A stretch of 61,429 nt of DNA from Candidatus Shapirobacteria bacterium (GCA_043817235.1 JBDRHA010000003.1:1-61429); one strand, 5' to 3'; shown: positions 35,520-43,966, numbered from the stretch's first letter. Translations and numbers: made by a program. Notes: a model not told the origin generated them from the sequence alone.

Positions 35520-36155
35520 ATGGATAAAAACAACTACATAAAACAATTAGAAGAGACTATCTCGAAATTTATAGAGCCATTAAAAAATATCCCCTTTCCT
35601 GTTGCAGTAAAAGCAATATCTGGCCACGGTGTTTTATCCTTTGATAAAAATAACCCTAAAGATAAAAAATTATTAGGCCGCCTAACAGAAGCAATGGACA
35701 CAGCAATTAAAAATGCTTATGAAAAAGGAATTTCGACGGCCAGACCAAACGAAGTCGGTAATCATATAGAGCCATTCGTTAAAGATGCACTTAATAGCGT
35801 AGGATTAAAAGCCGAAATTCCTTTAACAACAAATGGCAAACACCAAAGCGCGGGCTATCCTGATATCTATATCGAGGATGCTGACCGAAGGAAGATTTAC
35901 TTGGAATGCAAAACCTATAATAAGAAGAGTATTAAATCTTCTTTTAGAGCCTTCTATTTTCAACCTTCCAAAAGCTCTAAAATTACTTGTTCTGCAAAGA
36001 AATGTATAAATCAGAAGCACTATTGGCAGAAGGCGGAATCTAATATCTTGCAAAGGGGAGGGGAGTTGAATAGAATGGGATTGTTATGGCCAAATGAAAG
36101 TTATATACACAAAGCACCTATATCAAAAAATTGCCGAAAGAAAGTTTCCCATTGA
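35520..36155 (+). CDS. Putative type II restriction endonuclease (PD-(D/E)xK), 3' end runs through a 33-bp repeat
   Basis: GYPDIYIED...IYLECKT fits PD...ExK; starts 1 nt after the methyltransferase stop; last ~36 codons cross repeat copy 1 and overlap the next gene by 62 nt. Confidence 0.5.
   Translation: MDKNNYIKQLEETISKFIEPLKNIPFPVAVKAISGHGVLSFDKNNPKDKKLLGRLTEAMDTAIKNAYEKGISTARPNEVGNHIEPFVKDALNSVGLKAEIPLTTNGKHQSAGYPDIYIEDADRRKIYLECKTYNKKSIKSSFRAFYFQPSKSSKITCSAKKCINQKHYWQKAESNILQRGGELNRMGLLWPNESYIHKAPISKNCRKKVSH
36047..36079. repeat. 33-bp direct repeat, copy 1
   Basis: cttgcaaaggggaggggagttgaatagaatggg, identical to 37174-37206. Confidence 0.95.
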
Positions 36156-36381
36156 CTATCCTAAAAAAATTTATTACCGACCCGAAAATAAATTCTATGA
36201 TTCCCAACTAGAGAATAACGTGTCGATTAAAGAAATGTTTTATAACTGTAGAAAAAGGCCAATCCAGTTATCGTGGGTATATGACAAAGATTCTCGATGT
36301 GTTAAAATGATTACAATTATGCCAGTTAGGCCTAGAAATCTGGCTAATAGAATAAAAACTGGAAGATGGGTTCCAAGATGA
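36094..36381 (+). CDS. DUF4258-like small protein (putative toxin)
   Basis: MKVIYTKHLYQKIAERKFP resembles the DUF4258 N-terminus (xxTxHaxxRmxeRxi) from memory; 95 aa. Confidence 0.5.
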   Translation: MKVIYTKHLYQKIAERKFPIDYPKKIYYRPENKFYDSQLENNVSIKEMFYNCRKRPIQLSWVYDKDSRCVKMITIMPVRPRNLANRIKTGRWVPR

Positions 36382-36698
36382 AAATAAGCAATAAATCAAT
36401 AAAAAAAGCAAAAAGATATTATGACCCCGACAGTGATGTGCTTTGGATTATCACAAAAAGCGGTGAAGTAGAGGCTGTGGAAGAATTATCACCAGGGATA
36501 AATATTGAATTTGATAAAAATGGTTTATTGCTCGGAATTGAGGTTCTTAATTACTCCAAGCAGAAACAATTTGTTGATTATTCATTTAAAGCCATAAAGG
36601 TTAAGGATAGCTCAAGAGAGTTGAGTATTTTTCCTGATAAATATCGCAGTCCCATTGTCAGGGCTAATAATCCTTCTTCCTATTTCTCTAGCCTATGA
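36378..36698 (+). CDS. DUF2283-like small protein (putative antitoxin)
   Basis: YYDPDSDVLWI...FDKNGLLLGIEVLNYSK matches the DUF2283 pattern from memory; ATGA overlap with the upstream gene. Confidence 0.5.
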   Translation: MKISNKSIKKAKRYYDPDSDVLWIITKSGEVEAVEELSPGINIEFDKNGLLLGIEVLNYSKQKQFVDYSFKAIKVKDSSRELSIFPDKYRSPIVRANNPSSYFSSL

Positions 36699-37153
36699 TT
36701 AAACACATCTGGTCAGTGATCTGCCAAAAGTCTTTAATAGATAAGGAAACTAATAATATAAGCTTAATTGAGGTTCTTGAAGAAGTTTCGGTAAATATCA
36801 CTTCTCCTGGTGAAATTAATAAAAAGATCAACATTCCTTTTAAATATGAAGTAGTAAATTATTGGATGAAAAAGGGAAGAGTGAAAGACGTAGATATCAG
36901 GATACGCCTTGTTGATCCCGATCAAAAAGTAATAAAGAGCTTCATTAACAGGCTATCCATTCCACCGGACAAGGACAGAATGAGATCTCGATTAAGAATA
37001 TTAGGTTTAGAATTAACCCGGTCAGGAAGCTATACTTTCTGGATAGAAATCAAAGAAGAAGGTAAAAAAACCTTCAAGCGAGTTGCCGAACTTCCTCTTG
37101 AAGTAAAACTAACTAAAAAAGCATTGCCGCTTGATCCACAAAAACTCAATTAA
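36695..37153 (+). CDS. Hypothetical 152-aa protein, third gene of the coupled cassette
   Basis: ATGA overlap with the upstream gene; no recognised motif. Confidence 0.6.
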   Translation: MIKHIWSVICQKSLIDKETNNISLIEVLEEVSVNITSPGEINKKINIPFKYEVVNYWMKKGRVKDVDIRIRLVDPDQKVIKSFINRLSIPPDKDRMRSRLRILGLELTRSGSYTFWIEIKEEGKKTFKRVAELPLEVKLTKKALPLDPQKLN

Positions 37154-37173
37154 CTCTTTGCTAGCTAAAAAAC

Positions 37174-37206
37174 CTTGCAAAGGGGAGGGGAGTTGAATAG
37201 AATGGG
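37174..37206. repeat. 33-bp direct repeat, copy 2
   Basis: Identical to 36047-36079; ends 3 nt before the MFS start codon; contains SD-like GGAGGGGAG. Confidence 0.95.
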
Positions 37207-37209
37207 CAT

Positions 37210-38403
37210 ATGCCAAACGGAGCAGAGCAGCAGCGGGTTTTTCATTTACCTCATTGGAAATATCCGGCTCGGCTGCCAGGACTAACCGGATTATATTTAA
37301 ACAGTGTTTTTCGCACTTTGGCTCTAGGCTTAATCGGCATTTTTATTCCGGTCTTTGTTTTTCAAATTACTTCCGGCTGGTCAGGAGTTTTAAAGTTTTA
37401 TCTTATTTCAGAGACAACAACACTTATTCTCTCTTCCCCAACAGCAATGTTAATAAAAAAGTGGGGTCCCGATTGGCTCGTTGGCTTGGGAGCTTTAACC
37501 TTAATTACAGCTTTGGGATTTCTTATCCTATCTCAAAATAATTTAGTTTTTATCTGGTGGGCGGCTCTTTTTTTAGGAATTACAGTTCCTTTCCACTGGC
37601 TGCCCTATCATCTTGCTTTTTGCCAGGAAAGTCAGCGCCACTGCCTTCACCGTCAGTTGGCAAATCGCAATATTTTAAACAAAATTTCTACGGCTGCCGC
37701 TCCTTTATTGGGCGGAATAATTGCCGCTAAACTCGGGTTCACTTCTCTTTATCTAATTGCTGGAATAGTGATCGCTCTTTCTTTAATACCCATTTTAATG
37801 GACCAGTACAACCAAAAAGGCAGAGCTCTTTCTTGGGAAAGGGTTAAAAAAACACTTAGAAAGCCCAATTTGCACTCAACCTGGCTCGGGTTTTTTGGCT
37901 GGGGAATAGAATCAGCCATTTATGCTATATTTTTACCTATTTACTTTTTTCAGTCACTAACTAATTTAGAAGAAATGGGTTCGCTTTTTACTCTTTCTTT
38001 ATTGATTTCTCTTTTAGCCATTGCCTTTATCGGCAAAAAGTCAGCGGACAATGAGGGCAAAGTATTTGGCTTAGGAATGATTGGCAGCTTTCCTTTTTGG
38101 CTAATTGTTGCTAATTTTTCCTCATTCTTAGGCTTGGCTAGTGCTAATGCTTTTTACAATATAACTTCCCAAGCAATCTGGATTCCAGTAGAGGGAGTAG
38201 TTTACCGGCAGGGCAAAAAAGAGGGTAAGTCTTATTTTGTCCTTCGCAATACTTTCTTACGCCTCGGAATTATCAGCGCTCTTTTGATGGGTGGAGTATT
38301 AAAGCTCTTTAATTTTGGCTGGAATTATGTCTTTTTTGGAGGAGTAATCGGATTACTTATCGTTACGAACCTTAGCAAAGGATTTAAAAAATGCAGGGCT
38401 TGA
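37210..38403 (+). CDS. MFS-type transporter
   Basis: 397 aa, about 12 hydrophobic segments in 6+6 layout with a central loop (NQKGRALSWERVKKTLRKPN). Confidence 0.6.
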   Translation: MPNGAEQQRVFHLPHWKYPARLPGLTGLYLNSVFRTLALGLIGIFIPVFVFQITSGWSGVLKFYLISETTTLILSSPTAMLIKKWGPDWLVGLGALTLITALGFLILSQNNLVFIWWAALFLGITVPFHWLPYHLAFCQESQRHCLHRQLANRNILNKISTAAAPLLGGIIAAKLGFTSLYLIAGIVIALSLIPILMDQYNQKGRALSWERVKKTLRKPNLHSTWLGFFGWGIESAIYAIFLPIYFFQSLTNLEEMGSLFTLSLLISLLAIAFIGKKSADNEGKVFGLGMIGSFPFWLIVANFSSFLGLASANAFYNITSQAIWIPVEGVVYRQGKKEGKSYFVLRNTFLRLGIISALLMGGVLKLFNFGWNYVFFGGVIGLLIVTNLSKGFKKCRA

Positions 38404-38702
38404 AAAGCATTAAAGAGCTTTTAAAAGATCTGGACCTTAGTAAGCGCAAACGCTATATTAGCCAGGAGTTTCAGGCTTATGGACTATTGCTGGCCAAAGA
38501 ACTTAAAGATTGGGAAAATCGGTCTCTTTATATTAAGCTAGCTAAAATTAATTCTCGGGACTTGCTGGAAAAAGCGCGTTGTTTTGTCAAAGATCAAGAC
38601 GCCAAAATAATTAAAAGTCGGGCACGCCTTTTTATGTGGAAGCTAGGGGAATTAAAGAAGTCAGGTGGTAAGCAACGACAGAAGCAGCCACCAAAACATT
38701 AA
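38391..38702 (+). CDS. Hypothetical basic protein (103 aa)
   Basis: ORF overlapping the MFS stop by 13 nt; 3' end overlaps convergent trmH-like gene by 71 nt. Confidence 0.45.
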   Translation: MQGLKSIKELLKDLDLSKRKRYISQEFQAYGLLLAKELKDWENRSLYIKLAKINSRDLLEKARCFVKDQDAKIIKSRARLFMWKLGELKKSGGKQRQKQPPKH

Positions 38703-39168
38703 GCGACCTATTAACTCCATAAAGAGGAATATTAATTATTTCGTCTGCTTGGTTAAGAATTTTTGTCGAAACTCCCTCGGTTTCATGCCCCACTGCCAAA
38801 GCGACAGGAAAGCGCGGTTTAATATCCAAATAACTTTTGCTATTTTTCGTCTGCTCAAGAGCAATAATCTGCCAGTTGTCTTTTTTTAATTTTTTTATTA
38901 CCGGCACGGCAGAAGAGTGGTGCTCCCAGGGAACCCAGCGCCATAAACCCACGGAGGCCCGATGGATTTTCGGGTTCGGAGGGAGAACAACTTGTCCGGT
39001 TAAATAAATTTTTTGCGCACCCAGCGCATCAGCTAATCTAAAAAACGAACCAATGTTATAAGTGTCGGTAACATTATCCAAAATAAAAACCAGAGGATTA
39101 GCGTAAATTTCTTCCGGTTTTTTTGTCCCCAAAGAAACCCGAAGTTGTTTGGCATTAAGCTTGGTCAT
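38632..39168 (-). CDS. SpoU/TrmH-family RNA 2'-O-methyltransferase
   Basis: NIGSFFRLADALG, LAVGHETEGVS, IPLYGVNRSLNVLVAASVVAYHL; ATG 39168 in ATGA overlap with the upstream stop. Confidence 0.85.
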   Translation of the reverse strand: MTKLNAKQLRVSLGTKKPEEIYANPLVFILDNVTDTYNIGSFFRLADALGAQKIYLTGQVVLPPNPKIHRASVGLWRWVPWEHHSSAVPVIKKLKKDNWQIIALEQTKNSKSYLDIKPRFPVALAVGHETEGVSTKILNQADEIINIPLYGVNRSLNVLVAASVVAYHLTSLIPLAST

Positions 39169-40139
39169 CAACAGCCGCCGCTGCTTCCGGCCGCAGTGTC
39201 TTCCAGTTTTTCTTGGCATTCTGGTGGTTGATTCTGCCACCCGGCACAAACAGCAGTTTTAAGTACCTCAGGAGAGCGGTACTGATCGGGAGTAAAAAAA
39301 TCGCTGCCAATTTTCAAACTAACCGACCCTTCACTTTCACCCGGGTAAGCGTTATCCGGCGGAAATTTTAAATCATTGATAATAAAAGTAGGGGAAGCGC
39401 TGGCCTGATATTTCTCACTAACCGCAATCTCTTCATCCAATATCTTCTGGGCCCGGGCACTCAAACAGTTTTTTATTTCCTCAAGATTTAAGCCAGCACC
39501 CAGCGCTTGGCTCTCCCAACAGCTTTCTATATTGTCTGCAGCACAATTACTATTTACTTTATCCACAAAGTCCCACCAAGAACTTTTATCACTGCCCAAA
39601 TTTTGATATGCACAAACTTCTCGAATGCCCTGTTTTAATTCGCCCAAGCCATGAAGTGAAGTATAGGCACTCTCACCAATTATCAAACCCTGGTCGTTCA
39701 TGCACTCCTGCTTGTTAACATAAAGCTGAGCTTCGCAGCTTTGAGCATCAGGAAAATAACCCTTGGCCACATAATCAGCACAGCGATTGACTGTAAAAAC
39801 TTGCTGATCACATCGGCTTTCAAAATCAGCCAAATTTACTTTGTTAAAAATATAATGCGGCGTCAATTCAAGATTAGTATCTTTTAAGAGATTAGCTACC
39901 GGCTTTAAAACTGTTTCTGCCTGATTGCCGTAGGGGCAAAAACTCATTACAAAAAATTGAAGATTAGAAGCTGTTTTAAGCTCAGGGACGAAAGTTACCA
40001 CTCTTCCTTCAGCCCCTATAGACTGCTTGTTTCCAGAAATTTTAGAAGAAATCCGGCCCCCTAAAAAAGCAACTAAGACAATTGCCGATATTAATACAAA
40101 GGGTATAATCATTCCTCCTGGTTGCTTATTTTTAGCCAT
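39168..40139 (-). CDS. Membrane-anchored thioredoxin/DsbA-fold protein, Cys-rich, CPYG site
   Basis: N-terminal TM helix, FFVMSFCPYGNQAE where CxxC is expected, C-terminal SASPTFIINDLKF like DsbA-family SPTFxING. Confidence 0.4.
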   Translation of the reverse strand: MAKNKQPGGMIIPFVLISAIVLVAFLGGRISSKISGNKQSIGAEGRVVTFVPELKTASNLQFFVMSFCPYGNQAETVLKPVANLLKDTNLELTPHYIFNKVNLADFESRCDQQVFTVNRCADYVAKGYFPDAQSCEAQLYVNKQECMNDQGLIIGESAYTSLHGLGELKQGIREVCAYQNLGSDKSSWWDFVDKVNSNCAADNIESCWESQALGAGLNLEEIKNCLSARAQKILDEEIAVSEKYQASASPTFIINDLKFPPDNAYPGESEGSVSLKIGSDFFTPDQYRSPEVLKTAVCAGWQNQPPECQEKLEDTAAGSSGGC

Positions 40140-40143
40140 TTTA

Positions 40144-40332
40144 TTAATTTTCTTTTGCGATTATTGCCTCAGTCGGGCAAATTTCTATTGCCTCTTTAAC
40201 CTTGCTTAAGTTTTTAGGTTGTTTCTTAATGGCCGCTTTCCCTCGATCAAAATTAATTTCAAAATAATCGGGGCTAACAGCAGCACAAGATCCACAACCA
40301 AGACACTTTTTATTATTAATAGATATTTTCAT
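40144..40332 (-). CDS. Small ferredoxin (single [3Fe/4Fe-4S] cluster)
   Basis: CLGCGSCAAVSP...ICPTEAI; ATG 40332. Confidence 0.75.
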   Translation of the reverse strand: MKISINNKKCLGCGSCAAVSPDYFEINFDRGKAAIKKQPKNLSKVKEAIEICPTEAIIAKEN

Positions 40333-40828
40333 CGCCCCTATTATCGTTAATCGGCTTAGTTTTGTCAATCACTTGGCCAGCCTGATTAATCGCCTCCAAA
40401 ATCATTTCAATTGTTTCCCGAGCACCAAAAAAAGTCAGCTTGTTAAGATTAAAAGGGAAGTAGTGAAAAATTTGGTTCCGTCCTTGCCTCCAGGCTTCCC
40501 AAAGCTGAGAAGCTAAGTTGTTATTGTTCTGCTTTAAATTTTCTAGTCTGAGATAAACAGAAAAGCGCCGATGGGAAAGATTGGGATTTAAAACTTTACC
40601 TACTCGAAAATGATCGGAATTATAATCAGATTTGGTAATCAAATTTAATTTTAGAAAAAAATCTTTTAAGAAGCCTTCATAGGCCTTGGCAAAAGGGGCC
40701 ACTAAAAAAGAGTAATCGGAAATAGTATCTAGCCCGCGTATTTCTATCTCCTCTAACAAATAAAGCCCGTCTTTAATCAAAGACTGCTGATCGGCGGATA
40801 AATATTTCCAATTAACGGATAAAGGCAC
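40316..40828 (-). CDS. Hypothetical protein with HEPN-like Rx4H motif
   Basis: WEAWRQGRNQIFHYF contains R-N-x3-H; all-helical looking; GTG start. Confidence 0.35.
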   Translation of the reverse strand: MPLSVNWKYLSADQQSLIKDGLYLLEEIEIRGLDTISDYSFLVAPFAKAYEGFLKDFFLKLNLITKSDYNSDHFRVGKVLNPNLSHRRFSVYLRLENLKQNNNNLASQLWEAWRQGRNQIFHYFPFNLNKLTFFGARETIEMILEAINQAGQVIDKTKPINDNRGDENIY

Positions 40829-41381
40829 CGGCTATTCCTCCAACTAAAAAAGCATAAGCTAACCAATAAATTTTCAGCCAAGAAACAGGAAGATGCAAGG
40901 AGGCTAAGGGAGAGCGGGCAAAAAGCCAATTTCTTAAGTGATTAGGATCTGCTTTTAGATCTTCACGTATATCTACTAATAAATGCAAATCAAGAGCCAA
41001 AACTAAACCTTTGCCAAAAACATTACTCGTTGAGGTAAAAATAAAAAAGGTTAAAACTAAAAGCAGAACCTGAAAAATAAAATGATGAAAAACAAGAGAA
41101 ACATGATTTTTGTGATTTGCTTCAAGATGTTTAAGCAATCCCTTCCAATTCTTTTTTTGCCACAATTCTCTTGCTATTTTTGATTCTTCAAAATCAGGTT
41201 TTAGAAAGAACCAGTAAATCAGGTGATCTGCGTCTAATAAAAAGGTACCAATAATTAAACCCGAAGCAAAAATAAAAGCCTTTAAAATAGAAAAACTACC
41301 GGTAAAAAGCCAGATTATTTCGAGCAAAACAAAAGCCGCCAAACTAGCAATTAAATGACTATATACTTCTTTTTTAATCAC
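40812..41381 (-). CDS. Polytopic membrane protein, His-rich (possible membrane-bound metal hydrolase)
   Basis: 5-6 TM segments; LLDADHLIYW, HKNHVSLVFHHF. Confidence 0.4.
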   Translation of the reverse strand: MIKKEVYSHLIASLAAFVLLEIIWLFTGSFSILKAFIFASGLIIGTFLLDADHLIYWFFLKPDFEESKIARELWQKKNWKGLLKHLEANHKNHVSLVFHHFIFQVLLLVLTFFIFTSTSNVFGKGLVLALDLHLLVDIREDLKADPNHLRNWLFARSPLASLHLPVSWLKIYWLAYAFLVGGIAGAFIR

Positions 41382-42505
41382 AATATCTTTTCCAAAAAGT
41401 CTAAAGATTTTTTCACTTCCGGTTTTTGAAAATGCTCTCGGGCTGGAGCCAGTTTCTTAATTAACCAATCAGCCACCGCTTTTTTCAAGTCCTGCGGGTG
41501 AAGCTCGCCCTCTTTGTAGTCTTGTATCAATGTATCGATACATCGATACATTTTGTCGCCGCCGAACTTGGCCGGCCGCTTTATTTTAAGCTCACCTTCA
41601 TTTTGCCCCCAGAAAACCAAATACTGGACCCAATTAATAACCGGGTTAAATTCAACTTCCCTGGGCGGACAGTAAGCTTTATTTATTTTCTCTTCAATAA
41701 TTTTTGGTAAATCGTGAACAAAAATAGCCGAATTAGGTTTAGACTTGCTCATCTTCAAGCTAATCTCCAAATCTTGCCTGTCTTTTTTTAATTCATCTTT
41801 TTTCGGTCCTTCAAGGCCAGCAATAGTATTCTGATGAATAGCTGCCGGCGCGATAACCTCTCCTGATTTATTCTTTATTGGATTAATAGTCAGTTTCTTA
41901 GCTACTGATCGGGCCACCACATGGGCCTTGCGTTGATCAATCCCCGCATGAGCCAAATTCACTCCTAAAGTAAAAATATCCGCTACTTGAAGCGGGGGAT
42001 AGAAAAGAGTGGCCATATTTACTTCCTTGCCCTGCTTTTTACCCATAATAGAAATAGAGCGCAAATTGCGGGCCAAAGTAACGTGCTGGCCGATTTCCAT
42101 AAAAGTCTCCCAGTGAATTAAATTATTAGCATAAAGCTCTTTGCCGGTGACAAATTGAACTTGCTCTTTTTTGACCCCAAAGCACATTAAAGAAGCAATC
42201 AAGGCATTTTTAAAATAGCCCTCAGTGGCAATTCTAATATTTTCCCAATTGCCGCCCAGCTTATTATTTAAATATGAATGAAAATCCGCCAAAAAAATAG
42301 TACACTCCGCTCCGGCTTGAAGAAAGTCGGCAGTTTTCCCCATCGACATTAATCCCGTGCCCAAATGAACTTTGCCAGAAATCTCAAAGCCAATATAGTG
42401 TTTTAAAGGAGTTTTGGAAATTATTAATTCTTCTAGATCTTCTTTAGTTAAAACCTCTTCGCAGTTGCGAGTAATTAAATCAATTTTTTTCGCCGTATCC
42501 ATCAA
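41378..42505 (-). CDS. tyrS: Tyrosyl-tRNA synthetase, archaeal/eukaryotic type
   Basis: HYIGFEISGKVHLGTG (HIGH region), KMSKSKP, NKAYCPP, ELHPQDLKKAVADWLIKKLAPAREHF; collinear with my memory of M. jannaschii TyrRS. Confidence 0.85.
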   Translation of the reverse strand: MMDTAKKIDLITRNCEEVLTKEDLEELIISKTPLKHYIGFEISGKVHLGTGLMSMGKTADFLQAGAECTIFLADFHSYLNNKLGGNWENIRIATEGYFKNALIASLMCFGVKKEQVQFVTGKELYANNLIHWETFMEIGQHVTLARNLRSISIMGKKQGKEVNMATLFYPPLQVADIFTLGVNLAHAGIDQRKAHVVARSVAKKLTINPIKNKSGEVIAPAAIHQNTIAGLEGPKKDELKKDRQDLEISLKMSKSKPNSAIFVHDLPKIIEEKINKAYCPPREVEFNPVINWVQYLVFWGQNEGELKIKRPAKFGGDKMYRCIDTLIQDYKEGELHPQDLKKAVADWLIKKLAPAREHFQKPEVKKSLDFLEKIL

Positions 42506-42671
42506 AATCTATTCTAGCAGGGGTTGCCCGGCAAGACAAGCAATAAGAATATACATTACCCCCAGGACTGGCTATATTTGTCAAGCTAATTGTAAAGGTT
42601 ATTGTAAGACCAAAGAACTGTTTCGTGCCTAAGTTTGTCAAGTTTAGGCATAAGCTGTCAAAACTAGCTTT

Positions 42672-42719
42672 GTCCAAAGCCACAGACAGAGTTAGAACCT
42701 TTTATGGGAAAATTATATC
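42672..42719. repeat. Cassette-associated repeat, copy A
   Basis: gtccaaagccacagacagagttagaaccttttatgggaaaattatatc; aligns with copies B and C; overlaps the stop of the hydrolase gene. Confidence 0.8.
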
Positions 42720-43762
42720 TTTAAGTACTTATCGAAAAATTCAACTGAACGTTTTAGAGCTAAGGTGAGGTTGTTTGATAAATTATGATTATCGTTTTCG
42801 TAAACAAAAAGCTCTACTGGTTTATTAGCTTTTTTCAAAGCTTGCTCCAGTTCCTGGCTAAAAAGCAAGGGCACTTCAGCATCAGCGGTTCCGTGCTGGA
42901 GCTGAATTGGGCCGGAAATATCAGAAACAAAAGAAATAGGAGAAATTGATTGCCAAAATTGAGGATTTTGCTCAAAATCGCCGTATTGATCAATTAATTC
43001 CTGTCTGCCCGGCCGCTGAGCCGCCTGTTCTCTTTGTGAGGGAACCCAGGGTTGGGGATTGTGAACCGGATGATGCCAGTTTTTAGCTAAATCTTCGTAG
43101 GAAGCAACCACTCCCGCCCAAACTTCACCCACTTTAATGTCCTTGGTTACTGCCATTGATCTTAAGGTAATCATCCCTCCCATGGAATGACCCCACATTC
43201 CGATCTTTTCAGGATTAACTTCTTCGAAATTCTTTAAAGAAGAAACCGCATTTAAAACATCAATTGTATAAGCAGAAGAATAATAGGCTCCTTCTGGCTT
43301 ACCCTCAGAATTACCGTGCCCCCGAAAATCAGGCTTAAAAACAATATATCCGTTTTTAGAAAAAGCGTCAGTATAGGCAAGGTATTTTTCCGTAGTACGG
43401 TATTGTTCGGGCTGAATATAACCATGGTTAAAAACAATAGCCGGCCAACCCCCCTCTGGTTTTTCTCCTAAGGGCACTGTCAGCAAAGCATAGATTTTTA
43501 AACCATCTGACCTATATGAGACAAGATAGCGATTGTAATTTGAACCAGGAGGAAGAGTTTGTTCAATCACAATTTCACTCCCCGGATATTCTTGCTGTCT
43601 CATGTATTCTATTGAAAGGGGAATCGGCTCATCAATTAGTCCACCCTGATCTTGCAAATCTATGGGGCTGAAAAGGTTTTTTGATGATCTATTTTTACCA
43701 ACAACAATACCCCCTAGTATAAAAACGGCCAAAATGGAAATGATAAAAATGCGCTTAATCAC
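42713..43762 (-). CDS. Membrane-anchored alpha/beta hydrolase (S9 peptidase / dienelactone hydrolase-like)
   Basis: GHSMGG nucleophile elbow, HGTADAEVP, N-terminal TM helix. Confidence 0.7.
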   Translation of the reverse strand: MIKRIFIISILAVFILGGIVVGKNRSSKNLFSPIDLQDQGGLIDEPIPLSIEYMRQQEYPGSEIVIEQTLPPGSNYNRYLVSYRSDGLKIYALLTVPLGEKPEGGWPAIVFNHGYIQPEQYRTTEKYLAYTDAFSKNGYIVFKPDFRGHGNSEGKPEGAYYSSAYTIDVLNAVSSLKNFEEVNPEKIGMWGHSMGGMITLRSMAVTKDIKVGEVWAGVVASYEDLAKNWHHPVHNPQPWVPSQREQAAQRPGRQELIDQYGDFEQNPQFWQSISPISFVSDISGPIQLQHGTADAEVPLLFSQELEQALKKANKPVELFVYENDNHNLSNNLTLALKRSVEFFDKYLKI

Positions 43763-43865
43763 TTATCCTAAAAAAGCATTGTATCAGATTACTCTGACAA
43801 AACTTAATTCCCCTTATAAATAATACAAAGAAAAGAGCAAATTAATTTCAACTATGCAAGCCGCA

Positions 43866-43915
43866 GTCCAGAGCCACGGAGAAAGTTCGAGCCTTTTTCA
43901 GAAGAAATTATATGC
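43866..43915. repeat. Cassette-associated repeat, copy B
   Basis: gtccagagccacggagaaagttcgagcctttttcagaagaaattatatgc. Confidence 0.8.
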
Positions 43916-43966
43916 TCTTTAAACCTAGCTATTCTACTTCTCTTGCCTTTGAAAAAATAGTCTCTG

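Noticed and set aside
42506-42712. T-box or other leader upstream of tyrS (also the thrS and pheS leaders); ORFs 42414-42632 and 42480-42683
   Set aside because: I could not find the conserved T-box sequence or specifier-loop architecture. The thrS and pheS spacers are too short. The small ORFs are off-frame noise over the tyrS start and repeat A. A hairpin tgcctaa/ttaggca (about 42627-42651) is noted but has no assigned function.
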